Assembly (NCBI GenBank): GCA_964016885.1
Contig: OZ024762.1
Location: 15,376,001 to 15,440,000 of the forward strand
Origin: Eledone cirrhosa
Taxonomy: Eukaryota
Length of the DNA: 64,000 nucleotides
Direction of reading: 5' to 3'
Translations under genes and position numbers: made by a program
Notes under the pieces: model-generated
What the model was told of the DNA's origin: nothing
The model's input: the letters and a program-made list of their open reading frames with translations, nothing else
Databases searched by the model: none
In this document: positions 1-14,413 of the stretch, in pieces
Layout: each line of letters starts with the position of its first letter
Numbering within the stretch: position 1 is the first letter of the stretch

Positions 1-6
1 TCAGCG

Positions 7-540
7 CCTATGGTAGTGAGTAGGGAGGTAGCCCTAGGGCCGAGGACACCAGAAGTCTGCACTGCTACAGGTAACCAGCTCTGCACCTATGGTAGTGAGT
101 AGGGAGGTAGCCCTAGGGCCGAGGACACCAGAAGTCTGCACTGCTACAGGTAACCAGCTCTGCACCTATGGTGGTGAGAAGGGAGGTAGCCCTAGGGCCG
201 AGGACACCAGAAGTCTGCACTGCTTCAGGTAGCCAGCTGTGCACCTATGGTGGTGAGTAAGGAGGTAGCCCTAGGGCCAAGGACACCAGAAGTCTCCACT
301 GCTACAGGTAGCCAGCTCTGCACCTATGGTGGTGATAAGGGAGGTAGCCCTAGGGCCGAGGACACCAGAAGTCTCCACTGCTACAGGTAGCCAGCTCTGC
401 ACCTATGGTGGTGAGAAGGGAGGTAGCCTTAGGGCCAAGCACAGAAGTCTGCACTGCTACAGGTAGCCTGCTTTGCACCTATGGTGGTGAGCAGGGAGAT
501 AGCCCTAGGGCCGAGGACACCAGAAGTCTCCACTGCCAAG
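7..540. repeat. 79-bp minisatellite, about 7 copies
   Basis: Unit cctatggt.gtgag.agggaggtagccctagggccgaggacaccagaagtctgcactgctacaggta.ccagctctgca recurs at 7, 86, 165, 244, 323, 402 and about 478. Confidence 0.95.
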
Positions 541-610
541 GGTACGACCGCAAACCTGTCGGGGAGCGACCGGTATTTGGAGAGTTTGGCCTCCTCAACG
601 AACGGGGCCG
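429..610 (-). mobile_element. Non-LTR retrotransposon fragment, C-terminal part of a restriction-like endonuclease (CRE/R2-group like)
   Basis: EEAKLSKYRSLPDRFAVVPLAVETSGVLGPRAISLLTTIG fits the E..K..KY..L...F.P.AVET.G.LG..A..LL pattern of REL-bearing LINEs (recognised by eye). Confidence 0.6.
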
Positions 611-834
611 ACAAAATAAAAGAAGAAGTCAAATTCTAAACATAACCAACTCATATGTGCAACTACTGGTCCGTTGTCCGGCATGAAGGCCGGTCTGGGG
701 TATAAAAAAGGTTGGAGACCACTGGTTTAAGGGATTGATAGATAGCAAGGGGATAACAGCATTGAAGGCTAAATGTCAGGACATTGAACCGGTTCTGGGT
801 TTATATGTGGGATAGGGTGGGGGTTGAGGACTGT

Positions 835-1030
835 AGATCATCATCTTAATCATAACCATCACCATCACAATCACCACCACCACCACCATCACCATCGTCA
901 ACATCATCACCATCACTATCACTATCATCATCATCATCACCATCACCACCATCATCACCATCACATTGATCACCACCACCACCACCACCACCATCATCAT
1001 CATCACTATCACAATCACAATCACAATCAA
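835..1030. repeat. (CAT/CAC)n trinucleotide low-complexity tract
   Basis: Direct reading; source of the poly-His/Val/Asp pseudo-ORFs. Confidence 0.9.
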
Positions 1031-1220
1031 AACACTGGGTGTATATATGTGTATGTGTGTGTGTGTGTGGGTGGGTTGTGGTCGTTTGTGGTGGCCGTGG
1101 GTGGAATGAGAATGTGTAGCGGGGAGGGGGGGGGGAGGTTTCACTGGCGACGGTGATGAGCGGAGTTTTACGATGATTGGCGGAGATTGGCGAAGAGTGA
1201 TGTGACACTTAATGATACTT

Positions 1221-1330
1221 AATTGTTTCTACTTTAGGCACAAGGCCAGCAATTAACCCAGTACATTACTGGTACTTTATTTTATCGACCCCGTAAGGAT
1301 GAAAGGAAAAGTTAACCTCGGCGGGATTTA
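1221..1330 (-). mobile_element. tRNA-derived SINE family 1, 3' part
   Basis: Matches the full copies at 17172 and 40184 (aattgtttctactttaggcacaaggccagc...cctcggcgggattt). Confidence 0.85.
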
Positions 1331-1354
1331 GCTGGCTAGATGACATGTTAAGTA

Positions 1355-1806
1355 GGGAGATAGATAGAGGGGGAGGGGGGAGATAGATAGATAGAGAGAG
1401 AGAAGGGGAGGCGGGAGATAGATAGAGTGAGAGAAGGGGAGGCGGGAGATAGATAGATAGAGTGAGAGGGGGGAGAGAGTGGTGTGTGTGACAGAGAGAG
1501 AGAGAGAGAGGGGGAGAGAGTGGTGTGTGTGAGAGAGAGAGATGGTGAGAGAGAGAGAGACAGTGGTGTGTGTGAGGGAGAGTGAGAGAGAGAGAGTGGT
1601 GTGTGAGAGAGAGAGAGAGAGAGTGGTGTGTGAGAGAGAGAGAGAGAGAGAGTGGTGTGTGCGTGTGACAGAGAAAGAGAGAGAGTGTGTGTGTGTGAGA
1701 GAGAGAGAGTGGTGTGTGTGAGAGAGAGAGTGTGTATGTGTGTGAGAGAGAGAGAGAGTGTTTGGCGTGGGTGAGAGAGAGAGAGGGAGAGTGGTTTGTG
1801 TGTGAC

Positions 1807-1844
<38 letters not shown>

Positions 1845-2225
1845 TGGCGTGGGTGAGAGAGAGAGAGAGAGGGAGAGTGTGTGTGTATGAGAGAGAGAGA
1901 GAGTGGCGTGTGTGTGTGTGTGACAGAGAAAAAGAGAGAGTGTGTGTGTGAGAGAGAGAGTGGTTTGTGTGTGTGAGAGAGAGTGGTGTGTGTGTGTGAC
2001 AGAGAAAGAGAGAGAGTGTGTGTGTGTGTGAGAGAGAGAGAAGTGTGTGAGAGAGAGAGAGTGGTGTGTGAGAGAGGGGGAGAGAGAGTGGCGTGTGTAT
2101 GTGAGAGAGACAGAGGGAGAGTGGTTTGTGTGTGTGACAGAGAGAGAGTGGTGTGTGAGAGAGGGGGAGAGAGAGTGGTGTGTGTGTGTGACAGAGAGAG
2201 AGTGGTGTGTGAGAGAGAGAGAGAA
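1355..2225. repeat. Compound (GA)n/(GT)n microsatellite with gagtggtgtg motifs
   Basis: Direct reading. Confidence 0.9.
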
Positions 2226-2435
2226 GAGCTTCTGTTTAGTCAGGACCCATAAATCTCGCCGGCAGATACCGGTTGACACGAGAACTCGTCTCAACCACAA
2301 AATAAACAAATAAGTAAATAAATAAAGATAATAAATATTATTAGTATAAATAAATATATAAAGAAAACAATTATATATACTATATATATAGTATATATTA
2401 TATATATATAGAATATATACTATATATTGTATATA

Positions 2436-2477
<42 letters not shown>

Positions 2478-2505
2478 ATATTACAATTATATATGTAGAG
2501 GCCTT

Positions 2506-2551
<46 letters not shown>

Positions 2552-2581
2552 ATATATATATATACATGTATATATATATAT

Positions 2582-2631
<50 letters not shown>

Positions 2632-2738
2632 TATATATATATAATATATATATATATATACATGTATATATATATAATATATATATACATGTATATATAT
2701 ATATATAATATATATATATACATGTATATATATATATA

Positions 2739-2775
<37 letters not shown>

Positions 2776-2939
2776 CACACATACACATACACGTATATAT
2801 ATATATATATATAAATATGTAAAAATAAATGATAAAATAAAACTGACACTGGTTACTCCTGTGGGTGGTGAAGGAGTTGGGTGGGGTGGGGGTGAGAGGG
2901 GTGAGTGAGAGGAAGAGGGAATATGAGATTGGTAGAAAG

Positions 2940-4292
2940 GGGGTGGTGGTGTTGATGACAGTGTAGGTGGTGGTGGTGGTGGTGGTGTTGATGACAGTGT
3001 AGGTGGTGGTGGTGGTGTTGATGACAGTGTTGGTGGTGGTGGTGGTGTTGATGACAGTGTTGGTGGTGGTGGTAGTGGTGGTGGTGTTGATGACAGTGTT
3101 GGTGGTGGTGGTAGTGGTGGTGTTGATGACAGTGTAGGTGGTGGTGGTGGTGTTGATGACAGTGTTGGTGGTGGTGGTGGTGTTGATGACAGTGTTGGTG
3201 GTGGTGGTAGTGGTGGTGTTGATGACAGTGTTGGTGGTGGTGTTGATGACAGTGTTGGTGGTGGTGGTAGTGGTGGTGGTGGTGGTAGTGGTGGTGGTGT
3301 TGATGACAGTGTTGGTGGTGGTGGTAGTGGTGGTGTTGATGACAGTGTTGGTGGTGGTGTTGATGACAGTGTTGGTGGTGGCGGTGGTGTTGATGGTGTT
3401 GATGACAGTGTTGGTGGTGGCGGTGGTGTTGATGAGTGTTGGTGGTGGTGCTGGTGGTATTGATGACAGTGTTGGTGGTGGTGGTAGTGGTGGTGTTGAT
3501 GACAGTGTTGGTGGCGGCGGTGGTGTTGATGAGTGTTGGTGGTGGTGCTGGTGGTATTGATGACAGTGTTGGTGGGGGTGGTAGTGGTGGTATTGATGAC
3601 AGTGTTGGTGGTGGTGGTAGTGGTGGTGTTGATGACAGTGTTGGTGGTGGCGGTGGTGTTGATGAGTGTTGGTGGTGGTGCTGGTGGTGTTGATGACAGT
3701 GTTAGTGGTGGTGGTGGCGTTGATGACAGTGTTGGTGGTGGTGGTGGTGGTGTTGATGACAGTGTTGGTGGTGATGGTGGTGTTGATGACAGTGTTGGTG
3801 GTGGTGTTGATGACACTGTTGGTGGTGGTGGTGGTGTTGGTGACAGTGTTGGTAGTGGTGATGGTGGTGGTGGTGGTGTTGATGACAGTGTTGGTGGTGG
3901 TGGTGGTGGTGGAAGTGGTAGTAGTAATGTTGGTGGTGGTAGTGGTAGTAGTAGTGGTGATGGTAGTGGTAGTCGTGGTGGTGGTGGTGGTAGTAGTAGT
4001 AGTACTAGTGGTGGTAGTGGTAGTGGTAGTAGTAGTAGTAGTAGTAGTGTTAGAGGTGGTAGTGGTAGTAGTAGTGGTGGTGGTAGTGGTAGTAGTAGTG
4101 GTAGTGGTAATCGTGGTGGTGGTGGTGGTAGTGGTAGTAGTAGTAGTAATAGTGGTAGAGGTGGTAGTGGTAGTCGTCGTGGTGGCGGTAGTAGTGGTAG
4201 TAGTAGCAGTGGTGGTAGTGGTAGCAGTGGTGGTAGTGTTAGAGGTGGTGGCGGTAGTGGTAGTAGTAGTGGTGGTGGTGGTGGTGGTGGTG
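2940..4292. repeat. (GGT)n array punctuated by gttgatgacagtgtt, grading into (GGT/AGT)n
   Basis: Direct reading; source of the poly-Val/Gly and STPPP pseudo-ORFs. Confidence 0.9.
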
Positions 4293-4609
4293 GTTGTACC
4301 CTAGGTGTGAACTAGTAAGGAAAAGATAATCGGACGAAATAACTATTGAGACGGGGGGGGGGCGGGGGGATGGGCATACAACCCCTTCCCTCCACCCTGC
4401 TCCCCTCCCCCACAATCCCACCCTAACCACTATCCCCCACCCCAACACCAACCAACCCCCCACGTCATCCATTTCAGCAGGAAACACTAAAATGTAAACA
4501 AAAAAAAAATAATAATTACCTCTCCTTTCTCCCCCAACCAAAATGGAGAAAAACGTGTCTCCCCCACCCCGTCGCCACCTTTTTCAAGTACCTCTTACAG
4601 TCTCATCTC

Positions 4610-5452
4610 CACCACACCACCACCACCACCACCACCACCACCACCACTACCTGGTATTAATTACACCACCAGCACCAGCAGCAACACTACCACCACCACC
4701 ACTGCCGCAACTACACGACCACTATCACCAACACCACCACCAACGCCACAACTTACACCACTGCCACCACCACCACTAACACCACCACCACCACTAACAC
4801 CACCACCACGAACACCACCAACACCACCACCACCACCACCACCATCACCAACACCACCAACACCACCACTAACACCACCACCACTACCACCACCACCACT
4901 AACACCTCCACCACCACCGCTATCAGCACCACCACCATCACCAACACCAACCCCACCACCAACACCACCACCATCATCACTACCACCACTACCACCACCA
5001 CCACCACCACCAATTTATAGGGAGGAGGGTATTGATACCTAGGGGGTAGGTATGTAGGTGGTGTGTGTGGGGGGGATGGAGTGGGGAGAATGACACTTAC
5101 CGATATGTAGGGTACCAAAGTACCAGAAAATTATGGAAATAAAAGAAAATTGTATATATATTCCCCTCCCTGCCCCCACCCCCCACGACCGCCACCACCA
5201 CCACCAACACCACAACTATCACTACCGCTACCACCAACACAAACACCACAACTACCACTACCACCAACACAAACACCACAACTACCACTACCACCAACAC
5301 AAACAGCACCCTCCACAACCACCCATCCAAACACCACCAACACCACAACTACCACCAACACTACCACCACCTGCCACCACCACAACCACCGCCAACACCA
5401 CAACTAGAACTACCGCTACCACTACTACTACCACCACCACCACCACCACCAA
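4610..5452. repeat. (CAC/CAA)n low-complexity tracts
   Basis: Direct reading. Confidence 0.85.
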
Positions 5453-5584
5453 CACTCGCAGATCCCGATCTCCCACACAGAATGCAATGACTGGAAGAAT
5501 TGACCAAAATACTTTACCCCGCTCTCACTGCGTCTCTCGCTCTCCCTCCCCCTCTCTGTCTCTCTCTCTCTATATATATATATA

Positions 5585-6585
5585 CTAGCAGCAGTACCCA
5601 GCGTTGCCTGGGTAGGTAAAATATCTGCTTTGATGAAAAGGTGTTGATCTTAGCGACTGCTTCTCGATGACTCATCTATGGCCACACACAGGCCATGCGG
5701 GGGAGGGTGGTGGTGACCTCTATCACTGAGAAATGAGGGTGACTGACGAAGGGGCATGCTGGGGGAGGGGGAGGTAATGACCTCTAACACTAAGCCAAAT
5801 TTCCTCACGCTACTTGATTGGAAACCGATGAATTCTCAAATACACAACTAAACGCTCAGATGACGCCAGTGGCCATCGTTTTGCCTTTGACCATCTGTAA
5901 GATGTGCAATGATAGGTTCTATCGTAGTATAAAAGTTGAACCAAATAAATTGATTTATGTGTGAGGTGGAGCCGAAGTTTCGAATTTGAACGAAATCGGT
6001 ACAAAAATGTGGGAGCTAGAGCCGAAAAGGCGGAAATTTGAGCGAAAAGGTGGTATTTTCGAATATTTAAGCGGCTGCCACGCCGTTCCTGAACAAAAAA
6101 TCCAAAATGTAAAGCCACTTTAAGACATGAAATAATCAGATCTAGCGTAGTGTAAAATTTAAACAAAGTACGTTGATTAATGTGGGAGCTAGAGCCGAAA
6201 AAGTGGAAATTTGAGTCTAAAAGTGGTTTTTTTTTAATATTTAAGCGGTAGCCACGCCATCCCTGAACAACAAATGCAAAATATAAAGCCATTACAGGAT
6301 GTGCAATGATAAATTCTATTTTGCTTTAAAATTTGAACGAAATCGGTGGCAAAATGTGGGAGTTAGAGCCAAAAATCTTATTTTTCGATACCTAAAAAAA
6401 GGTGACCTCCCCTATCGATTTTTATCTACAGAATGACCCCGGAATAAAACAAACGATGCGCTGATATATAGAAAACACTCCACGATGACTAATCTATGAA
6501 CCTGTAAAGTTTCATGAAAATCGGTCGTAAGATGTAGGCCCCTATAGGTAATACACAGACACACACACACACACACACTTAATTT

Positions 6586-6590
<5 letters not shown>
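5585..6590 (-). mobile_element. Non-autonomous Helitron-like element
   Basis: The minus-strand 3' end has a hairpin (acccaggcaacgctgggt) about 7 nt before CTAG|T at 5585. It has about 3 internal ~175-bp repeats (atgtgggagctagagccgaaaa at about 6008, 6180, 6354). The other end merges into CA/TA tracts. Confidence 0.6.
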
Positions 6591-6616
<26 letters not shown>

Positions 6617-6677
6617 TAGAAAGTGAGGTTTTTTTTACAAAATGAAAAATAACCGAGGTGTCCTACACGAGTGAAAG

Positions 6678-6817
6678 TATAAAGAAAAAAAGATGAAATC
6701 GAAAATGCAACTGGAGTCTTATTTAAAAAAAAAAATATATATTTATTTGGAACCAAATAAATATATATATTTTTTTTAAATAAGACTCCAGTTGCATTTT
6801 CTATTTCATCTTTTTTT

Positions 6818-6824
<7 letters not shown>
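6678..6824. repeat. Foldback inverted repeat between (TA)n tracts
   Basis: tataaagaaaaaaagatgaaat...gcaactggagtcttattt is mirrored by aaataagactccagttgc...atttcatctttttttctttata. Confidence 0.85.
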
Positions 6825-6901
<77 letters not shown>

Positions 6902-7046
6902 ATATAAAAGCAGAAGAGATATTCAATTTGTTGGTAATTCAACAAATATAAATGTTTATAACTGATTCAGAGCACTCGACAAGTTTTCTGGAGTATAATA
7001 TTCAATGATATTAAATAAATGGAAACTATATTTATAAAACCATATT

Positions 7047-7107
7047 TATTCTATTATATATATTTCAAGGGTACCAAAATTTTGGTACGCTTTCATCAGA
7101 TAAAATA
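7047..7107 (-). ncRNA. Minimal type-I hammerhead ribozyme, family A
   Basis: Reverse complement reads tattttat-CTGATGA-aagcgtacca aaattt tggtaccctt-GAAA-tatata-TA-atagaata; stems I and II pair. Confidence 0.8.
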
Positions 7108-7252
7108 CGAAGTATGTTTTATAAATTTTGACTTAACCAAGGAAAATACCTTAACGGTTCACGTTTTCCTTGGATAGTCCAATCTTATATATATATATAC
7201 AAGGGCGGTGCCCCAGCATGGCCTCAGCCGGATGGCTGAAACAGGCAAAAGA

Positions 7253-7331
<79 letters not shown>

Positions 7332-7705
7332 ATTCCATTTTAAATCCAGTCTTCTTCTCAACAAGAAAGATGAACAAATCTGCCACAACACTTAATTTTA
7401 AATCTTTAATTTTTAGTTTTTAATCCTTATTAATTCTTTTTAATTGTAATACTCAACATTTGATAAGATTGATTTTACTAATACATCCAAACCGGTTATA
7501 CTTTATAATAAATTTTATATATTTTATATACTTTGTATACATTATAAAACTTTTTTTTTATTGTTCTTCTCATTTTTTCAATAATGTTACTTTGACGAAT
7601 CAAAGAAAGGAAAAAAAGAAAAACAGACCGTTAAATATATTTTCCGTGTTATTTCCAATTCCACTTTTTCTCTATAACCATTGTTTTGTATAGAACCTTA
7701 CTCCC

Positions 7706-7738
<33 letters not shown>

Positions 7739-7837
7739 AGGATTAAAATACTGGAGCGTGTTGGAGTTAAACACCCTCTTCGTATTATAGAAATGACAGT
7801 AAAAGGTATAGCTCAATGTAATTAAACAGAGCTGAAG

Positions 7838-7963
7838 AATTATGAAAGTAAAACAAAGAAGCCTTCAATACATCAAAAGTCTTTATTAGCCGACAGGACG
7901 AAACATTGTTGGCTAATAAAGACTTTTGATGTATTGAAGGCTTCTTTATTTTACTTTCATAAT
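7838..7963. repeat. Foldback inverted repeat (Penelope-like end fragment)
   Basis: Arms of about 55 bp surround acaggacgaaacattgt; flanked by (TA)n. Confidence 0.8.
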
Positions 7964-8368
7964 ATATATATATATATATTATACTTTGGGAGGGTCATGT
8001 TGCCAATAAGAAACACACGCAACATGACCCTCCCAAAGTATAACAATATCGGTTTCAACACACGTTTTCAGATAAAGAATCTTGCTAAACAAATTCAGAA
8101 ACGAAATATATATATATAGTATTAGTTATATCTCGGCTGAAAAGGAGGTCATATAACTGTCCATGCATTAATAAATTGCTCCGAAGAATCCAAACCTCGG
8201 TTTGGAGGAAACAGCTGTAAACACAATAATGTTTTGAACAGTTCTTTGATTCTTATATTTCATATATATATATATATAACGAAGGAAATGTGGTAAGGAA
8301 CCAGGTGGACCATAACAGCTGTCGGGGTCTTACTGGTTCCTATATATATATATATATATATATATATA

Positions 8369-8619
8369 CGTTTCCACGAACCAAAGTATCGTCTTCCTGT
8401 CTTCCTCCGGTTGCAACGTTTTTTGAAATATTCACTTCTGCGTTCACAGATTGACTTTGTTAGTTTCAGAAGATCCCGTTAAGGGTGAAAGCAGCGATTC
8501 TTTGCTTAAACTTTAATCTGTTATTTTAATAAATATTTGCTCTACGGTTCTTATATATTTGATATATATTTATCCTTATCGAGCCCTCTTTGGATTTTAG
8601 TCTTCAATTTTATTATTAT

Positions 8620-8622
<3 letters not shown>
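8369..8622 (+). mobile_element. Dispersed (TA)n-flanked element, family B
   Basis: cagaagatcccgttaagggtgaaagcagcgattctttgcttaaactttaatctg recurs in whole or part at about 17690, 31221, 46677, 47810, 50001, 55482 and 58823, often as a foldback. Confidence 0.75.
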
Positions 8623-8698
<76 letters not shown>

Positions 8699-8702
8699 CT
8701 TT

Positions 8703-8777
<75 letters not shown>

Positions 8778-8784
8778 GCATATA

Positions 8785-8882
<98 letters not shown>

Positions 8883-8955
8883 TATGTATATATATATATA
8901 TATAAATGTGTGTATATATATATAAATGTATATATATATATAAAAATGTATATAT

Positions 8956-9098
<143 letters not shown>

Positions 9099-9391
9099 CC
9101 AATTTAGAATCCTCCCGTGACAGTAAGTTGGTCGGAAGAGTTCCCAGTGTAATTCAGAGTCTGTGTTAGCAGACATGTATTGTCTGAGAGAGAAGAATAG
9201 GTTGGTAATGAGAGCATGTCGTAAATACCTTATATGGAAGAAACCTTTGGCCTTTTACCATTCCACGTGTCTTGAGAAAGATTCCAACATTGCATGAGAG
9301 ATATTCATGGAATTCCTTCCATTGTCCAACTGGAATTTCTTTGTAACAAATATATATATTGCACTCTGTCACCTATATATATATATATATG

Positions 9392-9506
<115 letters not shown>

Positions 9507-10154
9507 ATATATATGTGTACCGTAGATTTGTCACCCCATATCTCCTTCCCTCTAACTCGTCCTTACCTCCCCTTAGACATGAGAGAAGACAGTGGGTGAT
9601 GGTGGTGTTGATGGTGGTAGTGGTGGTGGGGTGGGATGGGGATGGTGAGGGTGTTGATGGTGGTGGTGATGGCGGTGGGGGTGGGATAGGGGTGGTGATG
9701 GTGGGGGTGTTGATGGTGGTGGTGGTGTTGATGGTGGTGGTGGTGTTGATGGTGGTAGTGGTGGTGGTAGTGGTGGTAGTGGTGGGTGGGATAGGGGTGG
9801 TGGTGGTGTTGATGGTGGTGGTGGTGTTGATGGTGGTGGTGGTGGTGGTGTTGATGGTGGTGGTGGTGGTGGTGTTGATGGTGGTGTTGATGGTGCTGTT
9901 GGGATAGAGGTGGCGGTGGTGTTGATGGTGGTGGTAGTGGGATAGGGGTGGTGGTGGTGTTGATGGTGATGGTGGTGGGGGTGGGGGTGGAGCTAGCAGT
10001 AGTTTTGTTGTTGTTACATGTTCGGTGAGGCTACCTATTCAGGTGTGTCTATATGTGTGTGTGTGTATCTATCTACTCATCTATCTATCTACCTATCTCT
10101 CTCTCTCTCTCTCACTCTCTCCCCCTCTCTCTCTCTCTCTCTCCCTCTCTCTCT

Positions 10155-10201
<47 letters not shown>

Positions 10202-10274
10202 CTTAGACACACATATCTATATATACACACACACTCACAAAATATATAATGAAATAAAGAGAATTAAAGATTGA

Positions 10275-10277
10275 TAA

Positions 10278-10315
<38 letters not shown>

Positions 10316-10403
10316 TGATAGACAGACAGATAGAGAGATAGAGAGATAGACAGGCAGATAGACAGACAGACAGACAGACAGATAAACAGATAGACAGACA
10401 GAT

Positions 10404-10438
<35 letters not shown>

Positions 10439-10611
10439 TAGAGAGACAGACAGACAGACAGATAGATAGAGAGACAGACAGACAGACAGATAGATAGACA
10501 GATAGAGAGACAGACAGACAGACAGATAGATAGAGAGACAGACAGACAGACAGACTGACAGACAGACAGATAGACAGGCAGATAAACAGACAGATAGAGA
10601 GACAGACAGAC

Positions 10612-10642
<31 letters not shown>

Positions 10643-10800
10643 TAGACAGACAGATAGAGAGACAGACAGACAGACAGATAGATAGAGAGACAGACAGACA
10701 GACAGACTGACAGACAGACAGATAGACAGGCAGATAGACAGACAGACAGACAGACAGATAGATAGAGAGACAGACAGACAGACAGACTGACAGGTAGGTA
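10275..10800. repeat. (CAGA/GATA)n tetranucleotide satellite
   Basis: Direct reading. Confidence 0.95.
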
Positions 10801-11182
10801 GATATATATGTAAACACAAACACAGACTAATGTCATCACACTTAACAAAGCTATCGTCTGCTGCTAATTATTGGAAAGAACAATAAATAAATAAATAAAT
10901 AAATAAATAAACAAATAAACAAATAAATAAACAAACAAATAAACAAATAAATAAACAAATAAATAAATAAATAAACAAATAAATATACAAATAAATAAAT
11001 CAATAAACAAATAATAAATACATAACTAAATATATACACAAGTACAAGAACAACAAACATATATAAACACACACTAGTGAACAAAGATAGAATACAAAAA
11101 CAAAAACACATACACTCAAATGCGAACACAAACACCAAACTATACACACACGCAAACGCATGCGCAGAGACAGAGACAAGAA

Positions 11183-11225
<43 letters not shown>

Positions 11226-11278
11226 AATTAAAATGTCGTAGACATTACAATACAATACAATAGGAGGGAACATAATAG

Positions 11279-11322
11279 TACCACTGATGATGTTGCAGAT
11301 GTGCGACGAAAGAACTTTGATA
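11279..11322 (+). ncRNA. Hammerhead motif, family E2 (weak stem I)
   Basis: tacca-CTGATGA-t gttgca gatg tgcgac-GAAA-gaac-TT-tgata; related copies at 30842 (-) and about 47455 (core mutated). Confidence 0.55.
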
Positions 11323-11426
11323 GACTATATATATATTTATATCTGTATTTTTAACCGCTGGTCAATCAATGATAAACATTGATTGCCAAATAAATTAACT
11401 ATGGAGATATAAAAGATACAGAAGCG

Positions 11427-11999
11427 GTCTGCATCACCAGTCTGGAACCCCTATCTTGCTCAGAACATTGACCGCCTGGAAACTGTTCAGAGACGTGCAA
11501 CCAAGCGAATACCCTCCATCAGGCATCTACCATACTCTGAGCGCCTTGCTTCCCTGGGCATGGATACATTGAAGCTCCGACGCCTGGCAACTGACTTGGT
11601 AAACACCCACAAAATTGTTAACCATCTTGCCAACAACAACCCTGAGTACCTTTTTGATTTCCATGTGTCTAACACACGTGGGCATGCCCACAAAGTCAGA
11701 AAACAGCACAGTTCCCATGACTTTCGGAAACATTTTTTCACGCTCAGAGTTGCTGAAGCATGGAACAAACTACCTGCATCGGTTGTTAGCTGTCGAGACA
11801 CTGCATCCTTTAAGGCCTCCATGCTTCCCGAGATCCGCCAACACTACAGCTAATGTTCCCCCTCCATACACATATGTATACCATGACTCATACACTATTC
11901 ACTTCCCTGACATTTGTGTATTATTCTATGTACTATACATACACCTTTGACGAATTGTAGTGCACCTGAGCACTTTACACACAATAATTTCATTATTAT
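11427..11999 (+). mobile_element. 5'-truncated CR1/L2-group LINE (RT C-terminus and 3' UTR) nested in a family-E2 element
   Basis: Encodes SPVWNPYLAQNIDRLETVQRRATKRIP..LPYSERLASLG..LRRLATDL..FFTLRVAEAWNKLP and has an (att)n tail. The flanks rejoin as gaagcg|aaaaccaacc, as in the uninterrupted copy at about 47597. Confidence 0.9.
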
Positions 12000-12312
12000 G
12001 AAAACCAACCAAACAGTGAGTGTGTTCTGTTATTATTTCTGGCAATATTATTACACAAATATGACCCTCTCCAAGTATAACGATATCTCCAACCTACCAA
12101 CAGTTTTGCAAGAGATGTCAACATATATATTTTTATCTAAAGACATTTTTTCCAATTCCGCCCGTCCCTCAATCTATCTTATTTCTCATTCTTTATTCTC
12201 ATGAAGGACTAGCGTCTGAAACGTTAAGACCCTCTTCCTCCTATATCAAGCGTTAAACTAATATATATCCCTTCCATATACTGTACCGATTGTGTTGTTA
12301 TTTCTGTTTACC

Positions 12313-12571
<259 letters not shown>

Positions 12572-12572
12572 C

Positions 12573-12652
<80 letters not shown>

Positions 12653-12734
12653 CTAAATATATATATATAACTAAAAATATATAACTAAATATATATATAT
12701 AACTAAAAATATATAACTAAATATATATATATAT

Positions 12735-12772
<38 letters not shown>

Positions 12773-13071
12773 AAGAGCTAGGTAGATAGAACAAAGTCAT
12801 CTTAATTTAATGAAAATATTTGCTGATTGAGGAAAATATGAAAATAATGATTTAAATGAATGTAAAAAGAAATGGATTTAACATTTATTTCTGAGTCAAA
12901 ACATTACGTCGCACTTACTGCGACCTGGTCACTGATATAATTCTAGGGTGCTTCTTTGAATAGCTAAAATGACTGTTTTACCACAACCACCACCAATACT
13001 ACCACCACCATCACCACCACCAATACCACCACCACCACAACCACCACCAAACCTACCACCACCACTACACC

Positions 13072-13102
<31 letters not shown>

Positions 13103-13311
13103 CTACCACAACCACCACCACCACTACCACCACCACCACCACAACAACAACAGTTTAATCTTCCAGACTCCCCATTGTTTAGTACTGAACAATAATGATA
13201 AAGACAGATGTTGTGGTGGTGGTGGTGGTGTGTGTGGTGTAGTGTAGTGGTGGTGGTGGTATTTGCGTGTGTGTGTATATATATATATATATATGTATAT
13301 GTATATATATA

Positions 13312-13386
<75 letters not shown>

Positions 13387-13387
13387 A

Positions 13388-13549
<162 letters not shown>

Positions 13550-13588
13550 GATATTAACAAATGGAAACTATATTTATAAAACCATATT

Positions 13589-13653
13589 TATTTCATTATA
13601 CATATTTCAAGGACACCAAGTTAAATTATGGTGTGCTTTCATCAGATAAAATA
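13589..13653 (-). ncRNA. Hammerhead ribozyme, family A (left arm of foldback 13547-13835)
   Basis: Reverse complement of the + copy at 13729. Confidence 0.75.
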
Positions 13654-13728
13654 TAGGGAGCTTCCAACAGTAATGGTTACATTCTTTAAGGGTATGTCAA
13701 TATTTATTTATAAAACTGCTCTATATTA

Positions 13729-13793
13729 TATTTTATCTGATGAAAGCACACCATAATTTAACTTGGTGTCCTTGAAATATGTATAATGAAATA
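13729..13793 (+). ncRNA. Hammerhead ribozyme, family A (right arm)
   Basis: tattttat-CTGATGA-aagcacacca taatttaact tggtgtcctt-GAAA-tatgta-TA-atgaaata. Confidence 0.75.
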
Positions 13794-13920
13794 AATATGG
13801 TTTTATAAATATAGTTTCCATTTGTTAATATCGTATTTTTACTCCAACTATTTGTTGAGTGCTTTATATCAGTTATAAAAATATTTGCTTGTTGTATCCC
13901 AACAATTTAAATTGAACTTT

Positions 13921-13957
<37 letters not shown>

Positions 13958-13961
13958 ATGC

Positions 13962-14013
<52 letters not shown>

Positions 14014-14017
14014 ATGC

Positions 14018-14097
<80 letters not shown>

Positions 14098-14413
14098 AAG
14101 ATGGTGTAGGACAGAACAAAGGAGAGCTAAAAAATAAGAAATCAGTCACTGATGTCACATAATGTGTGACGAAAGAGCTTTGATAATATAAAAACAACCA
14201 TCCGGTTATTGAACCAATCAATCAACCAACAGGAAATTTATAATCAATTGAAGTAAAAACTAGCAGGTGCGTATGTTTTTATTGGCGGCATGACTCTCCC
14301 AAAGTATAACAATATCTGTTTCAACACACGTTTTCAGACAAGAAATCTTGCAAAACAAATTCAAAATCGAATTGTATATATATAAATATATTTATATATA
14401 ATTTCTCATTCTT

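Noticed and set aside
2940-3900. Constant gttgatgacagtgtt motif with variable spacers
   Set aside because: The spacers are only (GGT)n length variants; this is eukaryotic satellite, not CRISPR.
776-5588. His-, Val-, Gly- and Pro/Thr-rich ORFs
   Set aside because: Trinucleotide-repeat artefacts that are open in several frames on both strands.
8462-8510. Family B cagaaga-tccc gttaa gggt-gaaa as a hammerhead
   Set aside because: The core is CAGAAGA rather than CUGANGA, with no convincing stem I or NUH. It may be a decayed relic, so it is not called.
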